From assembly GCA_964612595.1 (NCBI GenBank), contig CAZTFB010000001.1, forward strand, positions 195,058 to 259,057: a stretch of DNA of 64,000 bases. The letters run 5' to 3'. Within the stretch, counting starts at the first letter, position 1, and the number at the start of each line of letters is the position of its first letter. A program made the translations under genes and the position numbers. Below are positions 30,849 through 39,607 of this stretch, one piece after another. A model generated the notes under the pieces. That model saw only the letters and a program-made list of their open reading frames with translations, had not been told where the DNA came from and made no database searches. Source of the DNA: an uncultured Gammaproteobacteria bacterium. Lineage in GTDB: Bacteria; Patescibacteriota; Microgenomatia; UBA1406; HO2-37-13b.

Positions 30849-32220
30849 ATTTTTGCATAACTGAGAGACGATCAAATTGTATTGTTTGCTCAAGCTGATA
30901 GCCTGCTTGCAAAACTGTCATTTCATCAAGCAACTTACCCATGAACTGACCTCCTATTGGTAGTCCATTAGAATGTATACCTATTGGAAGTGAAATCGCT
31001 GGTATTCCTGCGGCTGAAGCTGGCTCAGTTAACACATCCATCATTTCACCATAAAAGGCAAATTTCTCGTTATCTCCTATTTGCGTTGCCGTTATGGGGG
31101 TTGTGGGTGCAAAGATTACATCTACATCTTCAAATACCCTTTCAAAATCCTGCTTTATTAAATAGCGCACTTTCTGTGCTTTTTTATAGAACGCATCATA
31201 ATAACCTGCAGATAGTGCGTAGGTACCAAGGAGTATGCGCCTTTCTGCTTCTTTGCCAAAAAAACTTCTATTATTCGCAAAGCGGATACCGTCGTATCGA
31301 GCAAGATTAGAGGATACCTCTGATCTTTGTAGCAGCATATACACAGATATTGCGTACTTTGGATGTATGAGTTTCACTTTCTTTACTGTATGGCCGCCTT
31401 TCTCAAGTAACCTTATAGATTTTTCAACAGCGGCCATTATTTCTGGATCCACGTTTTCAAAATATTCCTCAGCAATGCCAATTGTTAGATTGCGATCTCT
31501 TTTTACTTCATCGAGATATGAGGGTACGAATTCATCTAGCGTTGTTGCGTCGTGTGAATCTTTCCCGGCCATATGTTCCAGAAGTAAAGCAGCATCCTCG
31601 ACGGTTTGTGTAATGGGACCAGGACAATCCCACGATGATCCCATTGCAACAATACCATGACGTGACACACGACCATAGGAGGGCTTTAGACCAACAACAC
31701 CGCTCCAGGCAGCTGGTTGACGTATTGAGCCGGCCGTTTCTGTGCCTATGGCAGCTGGGATAAGGCCGGCGGCTACAGCGGCGGCGGAGCCGCCAGACGA
31801 GCCACCGGGCACAAAGTCAATGTTGTACGGATTCCGGGTGGGTCCATAGTCTGATGTTTCTGTTGATGAGCCGTGTGCCCATGCATCTAAGTTGGTTTTA
31901 CCCATCAGTGTTGCACCAGCTTGTGCCAACTTATCTGTTACCGTAGCGGCATAAGGCGACAAATAGCCGGTTAGCACCTTTGAGGATGCGGTTGTGGGCG
32001 CATATAATGTTGAAATATTATCCTTTAATGAGATTGGCATGCCTTTTAGTGGTACATTTTTTCTCTCATTTTTTACTTTTGGTGCTTCATCTTCAACATA
32101 TGTATACGCATTCAATATTGCATTATGCTGCGTAATTCTTTTATGAAAGTATTCTGTTACATCCACTGCATCAACATTACTACCTACCAATTCAGAAATA
32201 CTTTTTCCCAGAAAGCTCAT
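30841..32220 (-). CDS. gatA: Asp/Glu-tRNA amidotransferase subunit A
   Basis: Amidase signature GGSSGGSAAAVAAG. Confidence 0.95.
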   Translation of the reverse strand: MSFLGKSISELVGSNVDAVDVTEYFHKRITQHNAILNAYTYVEDEAPKVKNERKNVPLKGMPISLKDNISTLYAPTTASSKVLTGYLSPYAATVTDKLAQAGATLMGKTNLDAWAHGSSTETSDYGPTRNPYNIDFVPGGSSGGSAAAVAAGLIPAAIGTETAGSIRQPAAWSGVVGLKPSYGRVSRHGIVAMGSSWDCPGPITQTVEDAALLLEHMAGKDSHDATTLDEFVPSYLDEVKRDRNLTIGIAEEYFENVDPEIMAAVEKSIRLLEKGGHTVKKVKLIHPKYAISVYMLLQRSEVSSNLARYDGIRFANNRSFFGKEAERRILLGTYALSAGYYDAFYKKAQKVRYLIKQDFERVFEDVDVIFAPTTPITATQIGDNEKFAFYGEMMDVLTEPASAAGIPAISLPIGIHSNGLPIGGQFMGKLLDEMTVLQAGYQLEQTIQFDRLSVMQKYE

Positions 32221-32510
32221 AAAATTCTTTTCACAACAAAGTAACCATTTTTTGTTGACTGTGCATTTTTCATCGCATCTTCGTGTGACAGCATGATATT
32301 TTCATCAACGACATCATCTTCCATCACATTGTGTGCATTTGTCGTATAGAAATTATCAGGCACTGCGCTTGTATCAATCTCGTCAAGATTCTTGACATAT
32401 TCAAGACTCTCAGAAAGTTGCTCAGGATATTGCGATGCTTCTTTATCAGATAGCTTAAGATTAGCAAGTTTGGCAAGATGCACGACATCTTTACCGGTAA
32501 GTTTCTTCAT
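32217..32510 (-). CDS. gatC: Asp/Glu-tRNA amidotransferase subunit C
   Basis: 97 aa. VVHLAKLANLKLSDKE pattern, and a 4-nt overlap with gatA. Confidence 0.85.
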   Translation of the reverse strand: MKKLTGKDVVHLAKLANLKLSDKEASQYPEQLSESLEYVKNLDEIDTSAVPDNFYTTNAHNVMEDDVVDENIMLSHEDAMKNAQSTKNGYFVVKRIL

Positions 32511-32585
32511 GAGCTCAATTATAGCACTGTGTTAGTCTGCAATGCAATGCAATGGTATACTATAGTGCTTTATAGCACTTTAACA

Positions 32586-32600
32586 GTGTGGATATTCATA
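32586..32600. repeat. inverted repeat, left copy, flanking the GC-rich ORF
   Basis: GTGTGGATATTCATA is the perfect reverse complement of 33336-33350. Confidence 0.85.
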
Positions 32601-32673
32601 GATATTTATTCAGATGTGGCTGCATGAGCAGGATCGCCCTGTTCAGTAGTCACATCTGACAAGTGAGGACCAA

Positions 32674-33282
32674 ATGCAGTCACGCATCAGGAGCCTAATG
32701 ACATTCGCTAACCGCAACCCGTTGGCAGTTAGCATCGCGGTCATCGTGAGCATGCTTGCCATGCTCTTTCTCCATTCGGCCACAGCAGTGGACAGAGTCC
32801 GACCAAGCACGCCGACGCCATCAGCGACTTTGACAGCAACCGCGACCCGAACGGCAAGGCCAACCAACACGACGGAGCCAACCGAGACTTTGACGCCAAC
32901 AGCTGCGCCCACCGTCGACCCCATGTTGGCATTCATGCCTGTACGTGAGGCCTACCTGATCGAGAGTGGGAAATGTCGGACGCTCAGTGGGGGCATTCAG
33001 CAGTCTGCACCGATGAGACTCCAGCTCATGAGCCGTGGCCGCTGCGAAGAAGTTCAGAAGAACTTGACCATGACGCTCATCGAAGCGAACGGCAGCGAAC
33101 TATCTGCAACTGTGCTCACCCAAGATGGTTGTGGCAAGGTCTTGGTCGTCACGCGCATGCTGGAGCCGTCAACCGGACTCAGCATACGCATGTGTCAGTC
33201 GTACCCGCCGCTCGAGGGCGCTGAGGGAACGCCCCTCTTCGACCTCATTGTGGACAGGAGCGCCTGGCCCGATCTACGCTGA
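32674..33282 (+). CDS. secreted/anchored protein with Thr/Pro-rich linker (GC-rich orphan)
   Basis: 202 aa. Hydrophobic N-terminus ending ..LHSATA, a PT-rich linker (PSTPTPSATLTATATRTARPTNTTEPTETLTPTAAPT), then a Cys-containing domain. One sampled 60-nt line counted ~60% GC, against ~32% for a typical nearby core-gene line. Confidence 0.55.
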   Translation: MQSRIRSLMTFANRNPLAVSIAVIVSMLAMLFLHSATAVDRVRPSTPTPSATLTATATRTARPTNTTEPTETLTPTAAPTVDPMLAFMPVREAYLIESGKCRTLSGGIQQSAPMRLQLMSRGRCEEVQKNLTMTLIEANGSELSATVLTQDGCGKVLVVTRMLEPSTGLSIRMCQSYPPLEGAEGTPLFDLIVDRSAWPDLR

Positions 33283-33335
33283 CAGTGCATCGTCAGCGTA
33301 CTCTCGTTAACATCATATGTTTTGTTACGACGAGT

Positions 33336-33350
33336 TATGAATATCCACAC
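33336..33350. repeat. inverted repeat, right copy
   Basis: TATGAATATCCACAC sits in the loop of hairpin ACGACGAG..CTCGTCGT (33328-33358). Confidence 0.85.
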
Positions 33351-33359
33351 TCGTCGTTT

Positions 33360-34004
33360 CTATAGCAGTCCCTCTTGCATTAGTTTCTGAGTCACAGGAT
33401 CATCTACCTGATTCTTCTTATGAGCAGGTGAATATTGTCTCCCATAGTTGCCCATGCGCAATGTAATTTCTCGCCAATCGCTTTTAGGAAGAATCTCCAT
33501 GAGTTCTCTCTCAATTTTAGATTGCTCTCGAGCATCGGTTAATTTAAATTTATGAGAAAGACGAATTACGTGAGTATCGACAGCGATTCCTTCAGATATT
33601 CTGAATAACTCACCCAAGACGACATTTGCCGTTTTTCTTGCAACACCAGGAAGAGACAATAGATCATTCATCGTTTTAGGTACTTTTCCCCCAAAATCAT
33701 TCGAAAGTTTAACTGTTGTCGCAAGGACATTCTTAGCTTTGTTTCTATAGAATCCTGTTTGACGAATATCCTGACAAAATTCATCAAAATTTGCGTTATT
33801 GTAATCTTCAAGCTTCGGATATTTATTAAAAAGTTTTTCAGTTACCTCGTTCACTTTTTTATCGGTGCACTGAGCAGAAAGTATGACAGCAATAAGAAAC
33901 TCGTAATCACTTGTATAGTGCAGTGCGGGTTTTACTTCTGGAAATAGCGATTTTAAAGTTTTGAGGACTATTTTTGCGCGCTTTTTTCGAACATCAGTCT
34001 CCAT
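33360..34004 (-). CDS. nth: endonuclease III-like HhH-GPD glycosylase (no Fe-S Cys cluster)
   Basis: HhH motif LLSLPGVARKTANVVL. Start set to M32, just after the htpX stop. The C-terminal region contains no cysteines. Confidence 0.8.
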   Translation of the reverse strand: METDVRKKRAKIVLKTLKSLFPEVKPALHYTSDYEFLIAVILSAQCTDKKVNEVTEKLFNKYPKLEDYNNANFDEFCQDIRQTGFYRNKAKNVLATTVKLSNDFGGKVPKTMNDLLSLPGVARKTANVVLGELFRISEGIAVDTHVIRLSHKFKLTDAREQSKIERELMEILPKSDWREITLRMGNYGRQYSPAHKKNQVDDPVTQKLMQEGLL

Positions 34005-34005
34005 A

Positions 34006-34899
34006 TTACATACTGCGTAATATTCGTACTCTTTCTTCCATAGGAGGATGTGTGCTAAAGAGACCCATGAGAAAGTCCTTTGTCTTTTCTGATCCAAAGG
34101 GATTGCTTATAAATAGATGGGCAGTTGCATGAGAAGCAGTATGAAGTTTGTGCTCATCATCAGAAATTTTTATTAATGCATCTGCGAGCGCGTAGGGATT
34201 TCTCGTTAATAAAGCCCCCGACGCATCTGCTAAAAATTCGCGTCTTCGAGAAACTGCCATTTGAATAAGTGATGCAAGAAATGGCAGAATTATGAGCATC
34301 GCGATAAACAAGATCGTTCCAAGCGCATTTCCTTTTCCATTGTCATCACTATTCCCTCTTCCCCAAAACATTCCTCGCATTGCAAAGTCAGCAACGTAGA
34401 CTAATGTTCCCACCAAAACACCAACAATGCTCATTACGAGAATATCGTAGTTCTTAACATGTGAGAGTTCGTGCGCTATTACACCTTCTATTTCTGACCT
34501 CTCTAATCTCTTCAATAACCCTGTGGTTGCTGCAACCGCAGCATGTTTTGGATCACGTCCTGTTGCAAATGCATTGGGAGCTTCGTCTTGGATCACATAA
34601 AGTTTCGGCATGGGAACTCCTCCAGCAATTGCCAAATTTTCAGTTACCGTATAATAATCAAAATACTCCTCTTTGGTTGCTGGTTTAGCACCGGTCATTG
34701 CCAGTACTATTCTGTCTGAGTAAAAGTAACTGCCGAAACTAGACAAGAGCGAAACAGCTACCCCAATTGCAAAATACATTTCAGGATTACCTGTGAATTT
34801 TCCCACAGCATAAAAGACTACTAAAAGTAGTCCAACAAACACACTGATAATAAAATATGTTTTCAGCTTGTTTTTGCTGATTTGATCGTAAATATTCAT
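34006..34899 (-). CDS. htpX: M48-family zinc protease HtpX
   Basis: HELSHVKNYD (HExxH), multiple TM segments, STHPPMEERV C-terminus. Confidence 0.9.
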   Translation of the reverse strand: MNIYDQISKNKLKTYFIISVFVGLLLVVFYAVGKFTGNPEMYFAIGVAVSLLSSFGSYFYSDRIVLAMTGAKPATKEEYFDYYTVTENLAIAGGVPMPKLYVIQDEAPNAFATGRDPKHAAVAATTGLLKRLERSEIEGVIAHELSHVKNYDILVMSIVGVLVGTLVYVADFAMRGMFWGRGNSDDNGKGNALGTILFIAMLIILPFLASLIQMAVSRRREFLADASGALLTRNPYALADALIKISDDEHKLHTASHATAHLFISNPFGSEKTKDFLMGLFSTHPPMEERVRILRSM

Positions 34900-34908
34900 G
34901 CTAGTACC

Positions 34909-35469
34909 TTAGAATGAAACCTTCACATTTTCACGCTCTTGTGGTTGAGCTTCAAAAAACTGTTCCTCGCTAAAACCAAATGCGCGAGCAACAAGATTTG
35001 AAGGGAATGTAACAATGCGTGTATTAAATTCTAGTACATTACTGTTATAGAATTGTCGTGAATAGGCAATCTTGTCTTCGGTATCTTCTAGCTGTCTTTG
35101 TAGATCAGCAAAATTTGCATTGGCCTTAAGATCTGGATATGCTTCTGCAACGGCAAAAAGTGACTTAAGCGTATCAGTTAACATATTGTTTGCCTCTGCC
35201 TTCTGTTCCATAGAAGTTGCGTGCATAAGTGCAGAACGTGCCTTACTTACATTTTCAAAAATACTCTTCTCATGCTTTGCATATCCTTTAACAGTTTCGA
35301 CTAAGTTAGGTATAAGATCTATGCGGCGTTTGAGTTGTACGTCTATACCGGACAATGCTTCTTTGATACGCATTTTAAGCGTCACAAATGCATTATATGA
35401 AGTCCATACAAACCCAACAATCACTGCCGCTACACCGATTAATATCCATGTTGTTGACATAATTATCAC
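34909..35469 (-). CDS. lemA: LemA family protein
   Basis: N-terminal TM segment plus the typical LemA pattern (YNAFV.., [17 protein letters not shown]). Strong RBS AAGGAGGTGA. Confidence 0.85.
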   Translation of the reverse strand: MIIMSTTWILIGVAAVIVGFVWTSYNAFVTLKMRIKEALSGIDVQLKRRIDLIPNLVETVKGYAKHEKSIFENVSKARSALMHATSMEQKAEANNMLTDTLKSLFAVAEAYPDLKANANFADLQRQLEDTEDKIAYSRQFYNSNVLEFNTRIVTFPSNLVARAFGFSEEQFFEAQPQERENVKVSF

Positions 35470-35473
35470 CTCC

Positions 35474-37273
35474 TTACGTATTTATTTTACCACGTGAACA
35501 ATCTATCCAAGAAGCAATATAAGCTTTACTTTGTGCATTTATGACATCTTTTTTTTCTGCCCAACCTCTTCTTGCTACTGCGACACCGAAAAACATGATG
35601 GGCATATCGTCTTTGTTGTGTGAATCGGTATTTATGACGAGTTTGCATCCATAAGATATCGCTCTACGTACCATCGCATCAGGAAGATCTAATCTATTTG
35701 GAAACGCATTTATCTCTAGAGCAACACCTCTTTTTGCCGCTTCTTTAAAAATTGCATCCCAGTCGGCATCGATTTCTTCACGACTATTAATCAGTCGAGC
35801 GGTTGGATGACCAAATATTTTAACTTTAGGGTACTCGAATGCTTTAAGTATACGTTTCGTCATAACATCTCTGCTTTGAGAAAAAGCACTATGGATCGAT
35901 ACAACAGCCATATCTAAATATTCTGCCGCTGCTTCAGGTAATGCAGGTTTTCCATCAGGAAGAATATCAATTTCAAGCGAATTTAAGAGAAGCATCTTGG
36001 GATATTTCTTCTCAAGCGATTGAAGAGCTTGTTTTTTCATTTTAATAAGCTCTATTGTTTGTTTATCGGAATGTTTACTTACAGATGGATTGTGTTCAGA
36101 AAATGCAAGGTATTCGTAATGCAGATCTTTAGCCTTTTCGATCATCTCTTCAAATGTATGCGCACCTACATCATGCGAAGGTTCGATGGGAAATGAAGAA
36201 TGAATATGAAACTCACCCATAATGTCTTTTAACTCAACAAGGTTGGGTAGTTTTTTTTCAGCAGCTCGACGAATTTCATCTGTGCCTTCACGAAGTTCCG
36301 GCACAATGAAGGGTAGTTTTAAATACTGGTAAAAGTCCTCTTCCTTTTCAAACGATGCAACTTCTCCCGTTTTGACATTTTTAATGCCAAACTCATTAAG
36401 TGAGTATCCTTTTTTAAGAGCAAACTCTCTTAACTTTATGTTGTGCGCCTTGCTCCCAGTAAAGTACTGTAACATTGCACCATATCGCTCTCTATCAACA
36501 ATACGAAGATCAATTCTTTTGCCATTTTTTGTGATAATTGCTGCTTTGTTGACCCCTTGTGCCTCAATGGTCGCGGTCTGTGGATAACTCACAAAATGAG
36601 CGAGAATTTTCTCGTACGTATGTTCTTTCGCAATAACCGCGAGATCTATATCTCCTATTGTAGAAACCATTCGCCTTAAAGAACCAAGGGCTTCAATATG
36701 CTCAACAGCACTGTGCTCTCGCATATGTTCGATGATGTCTTGAGCGAGTGAGAAGGCCGCAGGGAGTACCATTCGCTCTTCTTTGTCGAGGCGTCCGAGA
36801 TGTATATCTATTGCTTCGACAATATCTGCCTCTGATTTTTCTCCGAAGCCATCAAGAACTGAAATTTTGTGCTTGGATGCAAGTTTTTTAACATCTTCGA
36901 AAACTGTGTCTTTATTCGAAAGTTGAAACTCCTTCGCAATGCGAAAGGCTTTTTTTGGTCCAATGCCCGGCGCACGCATAAGTTCATACACCGGTGCAGG
37001 AATACTCTGAAGCTGTTTTTCAAGATATGACCCCTCAGGTTTTGCAAAATACTCGTTAAGATGCTGGCTAATGGTTGGTCCAATGCCATCAATACCTAAT
37101 ATACCTTCCAGTCCAGTATTTTCCCAAATGTCGTATACCTCCTGATTTAAATGCTCTACTGCATCGGCAGTTTTTTCATATGCAATAATACGAAATCTAT
37201 TTGCACCTGTTAACGTGTATGCTGCTGCAACGGAGCGGAGTAGATGGGCAAGATCTTTGTTATTTATATGCAT
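35474..37273 (-). CDS. polX: family X DNA polymerase with C-terminal PHP domain
   Basis: 599 aa. N-terminal HhH/Pol-beta-like region (GIGPKKA) and a PHP domain (EFHIHSSF.., HNPS, TDSHN). Confidence 0.85.
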   Translation of the reverse strand: MHINNKDLAHLLRSVAAAYTLTGANRFRIIAYEKTADAVEHLNQEVYDIWENTGLEGILGIDGIGPTISQHLNEYFAKPEGSYLEKQLQSIPAPVYELMRAPGIGPKKAFRIAKEFQLSNKDTVFEDVKKLASKHKISVLDGFGEKSEADIVEAIDIHLGRLDKEERMVLPAAFSLAQDIIEHMREHSAVEHIEALGSLRRMVSTIGDIDLAVIAKEHTYEKILAHFVSYPQTATIEAQGVNKAAIITKNGKRIDLRIVDRERYGAMLQYFTGSKAHNIKLREFALKKGYSLNEFGIKNVKTGEVASFEKEEDFYQYLKLPFIVPELREGTDEIRRAAEKKLPNLVELKDIMGEFHIHSSFPIEPSHDVGAHTFEEMIEKAKDLHYEYLAFSEHNPSVSKHSDKQTIELIKMKKQALQSLEKKYPKMLLLNSLEIDILPDGKPALPEAAAEYLDMAVVSIHSAFSQSRDVMTKRILKAFEYPKVKIFGHPTARLINSREEIDADWDAIFKEAAKRGVALEINAFPNRLDLPDAMVRRAISYGCKLVINTDSHNKDDMPIMFFGVAVARRGWAEKKDVINAQSKAYIASWIDCSRGKINT

Positions 37274-37340
37274 GCATGTATTATACCGCTATGTTGGATT
37301 GAAAAATTCTATAAAAAAGGTACAATATGGGTTGCAGTAA

Positions 37341-37353
37341 TGGGATTGTAGCT
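37341..37353 (+). repeat. 13-bp duplicate of the tRNA-Asp 5' end
   Basis: TGGGATTGTAGCT is identical to 37692-37704, where it forms the start of tRNA-Asp. Confidence 0.85.
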
Positions 37354-37423
37354 TTCCGACGTTGAGTCGGAATCGATGACAGTGGTTGAGCGGTCCGACG
37401 TCATGTCGGACAGGTCGCGAAGT

Positions 37424-37687
37424 ATGCCTTGTGTCTATATTATCAAATCAAGAAGGAATAATAGATATTACATTGGCTCGACTACAGATATTGTTGTAAG
37501 ACTCATGGAGCACAACAGAGGTAAAAATCCTTCAACTAAGAATAGGGGTCCGTGGGATATTGTATTTTCACAAGAATTTACATCGCTTCCTGAAGCAAGG
37601 AGAGTTGAAAGAAAGTTGAAAAGCTTCAAAAGTAGAAGAATAATTGATAAAATAGTCGCTACAGGAACTATTACTGTGAATCATTGA
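37424..37687 (+). CDS. GIY-YIG nuclease family protein (UPF0213/YhbQ-like)
   Basis: MPCVYIIKSRRNNRYYIGSTTDIVVRLMEHN..RVERKLK. Start set to M17. Confidence 0.8.
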   Translation: MPCVYIIKSRRNNRYYIGSTTDIVVRLMEHNRGKNPSTKNRGPWDIVFSQEFTSLPEARRVERKLKSFKSRRIIDKIVATGTITVNH

Positions 37688-37692
37688 AAATT

Positions 37693-37765
37693 GGGATTGT
37701 AGCTCAGTGGTTAGAGCGCTGCCCTGTCAAGGCAGAGGTCGCCGGTTCGAGCCCGGTCAGTCCCG
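37693..37765 (+). tRNA. tRNA-Asp (GUC)
   Basis: GGGATTGTAGCTCAGTGGTTAGAGCGCTGCCCTGTCAAGGCAGAGGTCGCCGGTTCGAGCCCGGTCAGTCCCG. Anticodon loop CTGTCAA. Confidence 0.9.
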
Positions 37766-37767
37766 CA

Positions 37768-38382
37768 TTAGGCTTTTACAAACCGTAGTGTGTTGCCGTC
37801 TACAATAATCGCCTCACCGTCTTTAAGCAAATAAAGAAGTTCTGTGCGATTCCAATCTCGTATGACGTCCTGCCAATATTTCTCATATTCCTTCCTATCG
37901 TAGTGAGGGATGATACAAAAATCGACAAGACTTAGTCCCGACAAATCTTTCAGGTCTGGAGCTAAAGATGCATCATCTGCATCTCTCGCGCTTTCAATAG
38001 TTGGTGTTGCAAGAATAGATCCCGCACTTGTCCCAGCATAAATTGTTCCTTTATTAACAAGCTCTTTTGTCACCACATCAAAACCAGAAGTTCGTACATG
38101 ATCAAGAAGAAAATAGGTATTACCACCGCTGACAAAGATTACATCATAGTGTTGAAGTTTTTCGCGTAGATCCGTCTGATTAACCCCTTCGATATCAAAA
38201 AGATCGACGGAGCAACCTAGAGATCGTAGTGACTCAATATCAGCATGCATCCAAGGGACCTCATCACCATACGGCTTCGCAGCAGTAGTAATAAAAATTA
38301 TAGACGTATCCTCCGGACTTTTATCGATAAGTTCCGTCAGAAAGCTGTTCGATGTACTTGAAGATCCAAGCAGTACTTTCAT
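37768..38382 (-). CDS. S51-family peptidase E-like protein
   Basis: VIFVSGGNTYFLL and IYAGTSAGSILA (nucleophile Ser context). Confidence 0.7.
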   Translation of the reverse strand: MKVLLGSSSTSNSFLTELIDKSPEDTSIIFITTAAKPYGDEVPWMHADIESLRSLGCSVDLFDIEGVNQTDLREKLQHYDVIFVSGGNTYFLLDHVRTSGFDVVTKELVNKGTIYAGTSAGSILATPTIESARDADDASLAPDLKDLSGLSLVDFCIIPHYDRKEYEKYWQDVIRDWNRTELLYLLKDGEAIIVDGNTLRFVKA

Positions 38383-38501
38383 ACTAGATAGTATAGCAAA
38401 TAATAGGTATAATACTCATCCCGACGCAGAGGTCTAAAGCTTGGTTTACTGCTAAGGGAACATCGCAACCAACCCGGGAGAAGAATCATAAAGGAGGCCA
38501 C

Positions 38502-38693
38502 ATGGCAAACAAAGGTGCAGACTACAAAGGGCAAAGCGTCACGAACTGCCCTTATTGCAAATCGCGTCCCAAACCGAGACTTTATTTTGACAAACAGACA
38601 GGCATGTGGCATTGTCCACGATGTCAGAAAAGCCTCCATCCTTCTGAAAGGAGGCTTTCAGCAATCGACTGGCTCAACAAAAGCAGACAATAG
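38502..38693 (+). CDS. small zinc-ribbon protein (63 aa, GC-richer orphan)
   Basis: AAAGGAGG lies 6 nt upstream of the ATG. CPYC..(20 aa)..CPRC zinc ribbon. TATAAT at 38408-38413. Confidence 0.5.
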   Translation: MANKGADYKGQSVTNCPYCKSRPKPRLYFDKQTGMWHCPRCQKSLHPSERRLSAIDWLNKSRQ

Positions 38694-38839
38694 CGATTCT
38701 CTCTCCCGGGGATCGCATCAGATTCTTACCTAGTATGAACCTATAATTATCACTTTTGTATAGTAATGATATATTGATTTCGCCTTACAGCTATGTATAA
38801 TGGCTGTAGTTTTACGGACGTGAAAGGAGGTGAACATAT

Positions 38840-39439
38840 ATGGCACAAACAAAAAATTCAGAAGCCTATAGAGAAGAATTAATTGAAAAAATTAAAGAAA
38901 ACTACCTTTCAGTAGCATTGGGATTTCTCGTATTCCTCGTCGCAGTAACCCTCATTTACCGCTCAACAAGCTCGCGCCAACAAGCTCAGGTAGAGCAAGA
39001 TCAGGCACAAGCAGAAATGGAGCAAAAGAAAAATGTTCACGTAGTGAAACCTGGCGAATCCGTTTCAAGTATCGCGCGTGATGTTTTGGGTTCTGTTGAT
39101 TATACAGATGAAATCGTAGCAGCAAATTCTCTTGCTAACCCAGAAGTAATTGAAGTTGGGCAGGAACTCACACTTCCTGAGATTGGTGTAACAGGCACAC
39201 CAACATCAGCCCCTACTGAGGCTCCAAAAATGGAAGATAAGAAGGGAGAAACAACTTCAACAACAACTGCTGGCAAAATTGAAGGAACAACCTACGTTGT
39301 ACAGAAAGGTGATACACTCATGACTATTGCAGAGCGTGCTTATGGCAATAAGTCAATGTACACACGTATAATGAGCGCGAATGGCATAAGAAATCCCGAC
39401 AGAGTCGAAGTCGGTATGACATTAAAGTTGCCAAGATAA
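38840..39439 (+). CDS. membrane-anchored protein with two LysM domains
   Basis: RBS AAAGGAGGTGA. One TM segment. LysM-like blocks HVVKPGESVSSIARDVLG..LTLP and YVVQKGDTLMTIAERAYG..GMTLKLP. Confidence 0.8.
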   Translation: MAQTKNSEAYREELIEKIKENYLSVALGFLVFLVAVTLIYRSTSSRQQAQVEQDQAQAEMEQKKNVHVVKPGESVSSIARDVLGSVDYTDEIVAANSLANPEVIEVGQELTLPEIGVTGTPTSAPTEAPKMEDKKGETTSTTTAGKIEGTTYVVQKGDTLMTIAERAYGNKSMYTRIMSANGIRNPDRVEVGMTLKLPR

Positions 39440-39494
39440 AATTGATTATGTCCGCATACGACAGAGCTAGTGTATAATGCATATGCTGCCGTAT

Positions 39495-39565
39495 GCGGGC
39501 GTAGTTGAGTGGTACAATGTCTCCTTCCCAAGGAGAAGCCGGGGGTCCGATTCCCCTCGCCCGCT
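39495..39565 (+). tRNA. tRNA-Gly (CCC) with atypical T-loop
   Basis: GCGGGCGTAGTTGAGTGGTACAATGTCTCCTTCCCAAGGAGAAGCCGGGGGTCCGATTCCCCTCGCCCGCT. Anticodon loop TTCCCAA. The T-loop reads TCCGATT (C at position 55). Confidence 0.8.
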
Positions 39566-39607
39566 CAGAATATAGCTAGAACTCAAAAAAGAGTTGATTG
39601 ATAAGAA

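Noticed and set aside
32643-33310. Multiple overlapping ORFs on both strands in the GC-rich segment (32643..32936 -, 32741..32932 -, 32973..33224 +, 33125..33310 +).
   Set aside because: These are the expected by-product of high GC content. Only the 202-aa frame has an SD, a signal-like N-terminus and spans the whole segment.
37354-37411. Two hairpins upstream of the GIY-YIG gene considered as tRNA-like anticodon arms. One loop would present TCA, which would be Sec- or suppressor-like.
   Set aside because: They are 7-bp stems with 5-nt loops. If redrawn with 7-nt loops, position 33 is G rather than U. No acceptor, D or T arms exist. They are treated as element-associated hairpins only.
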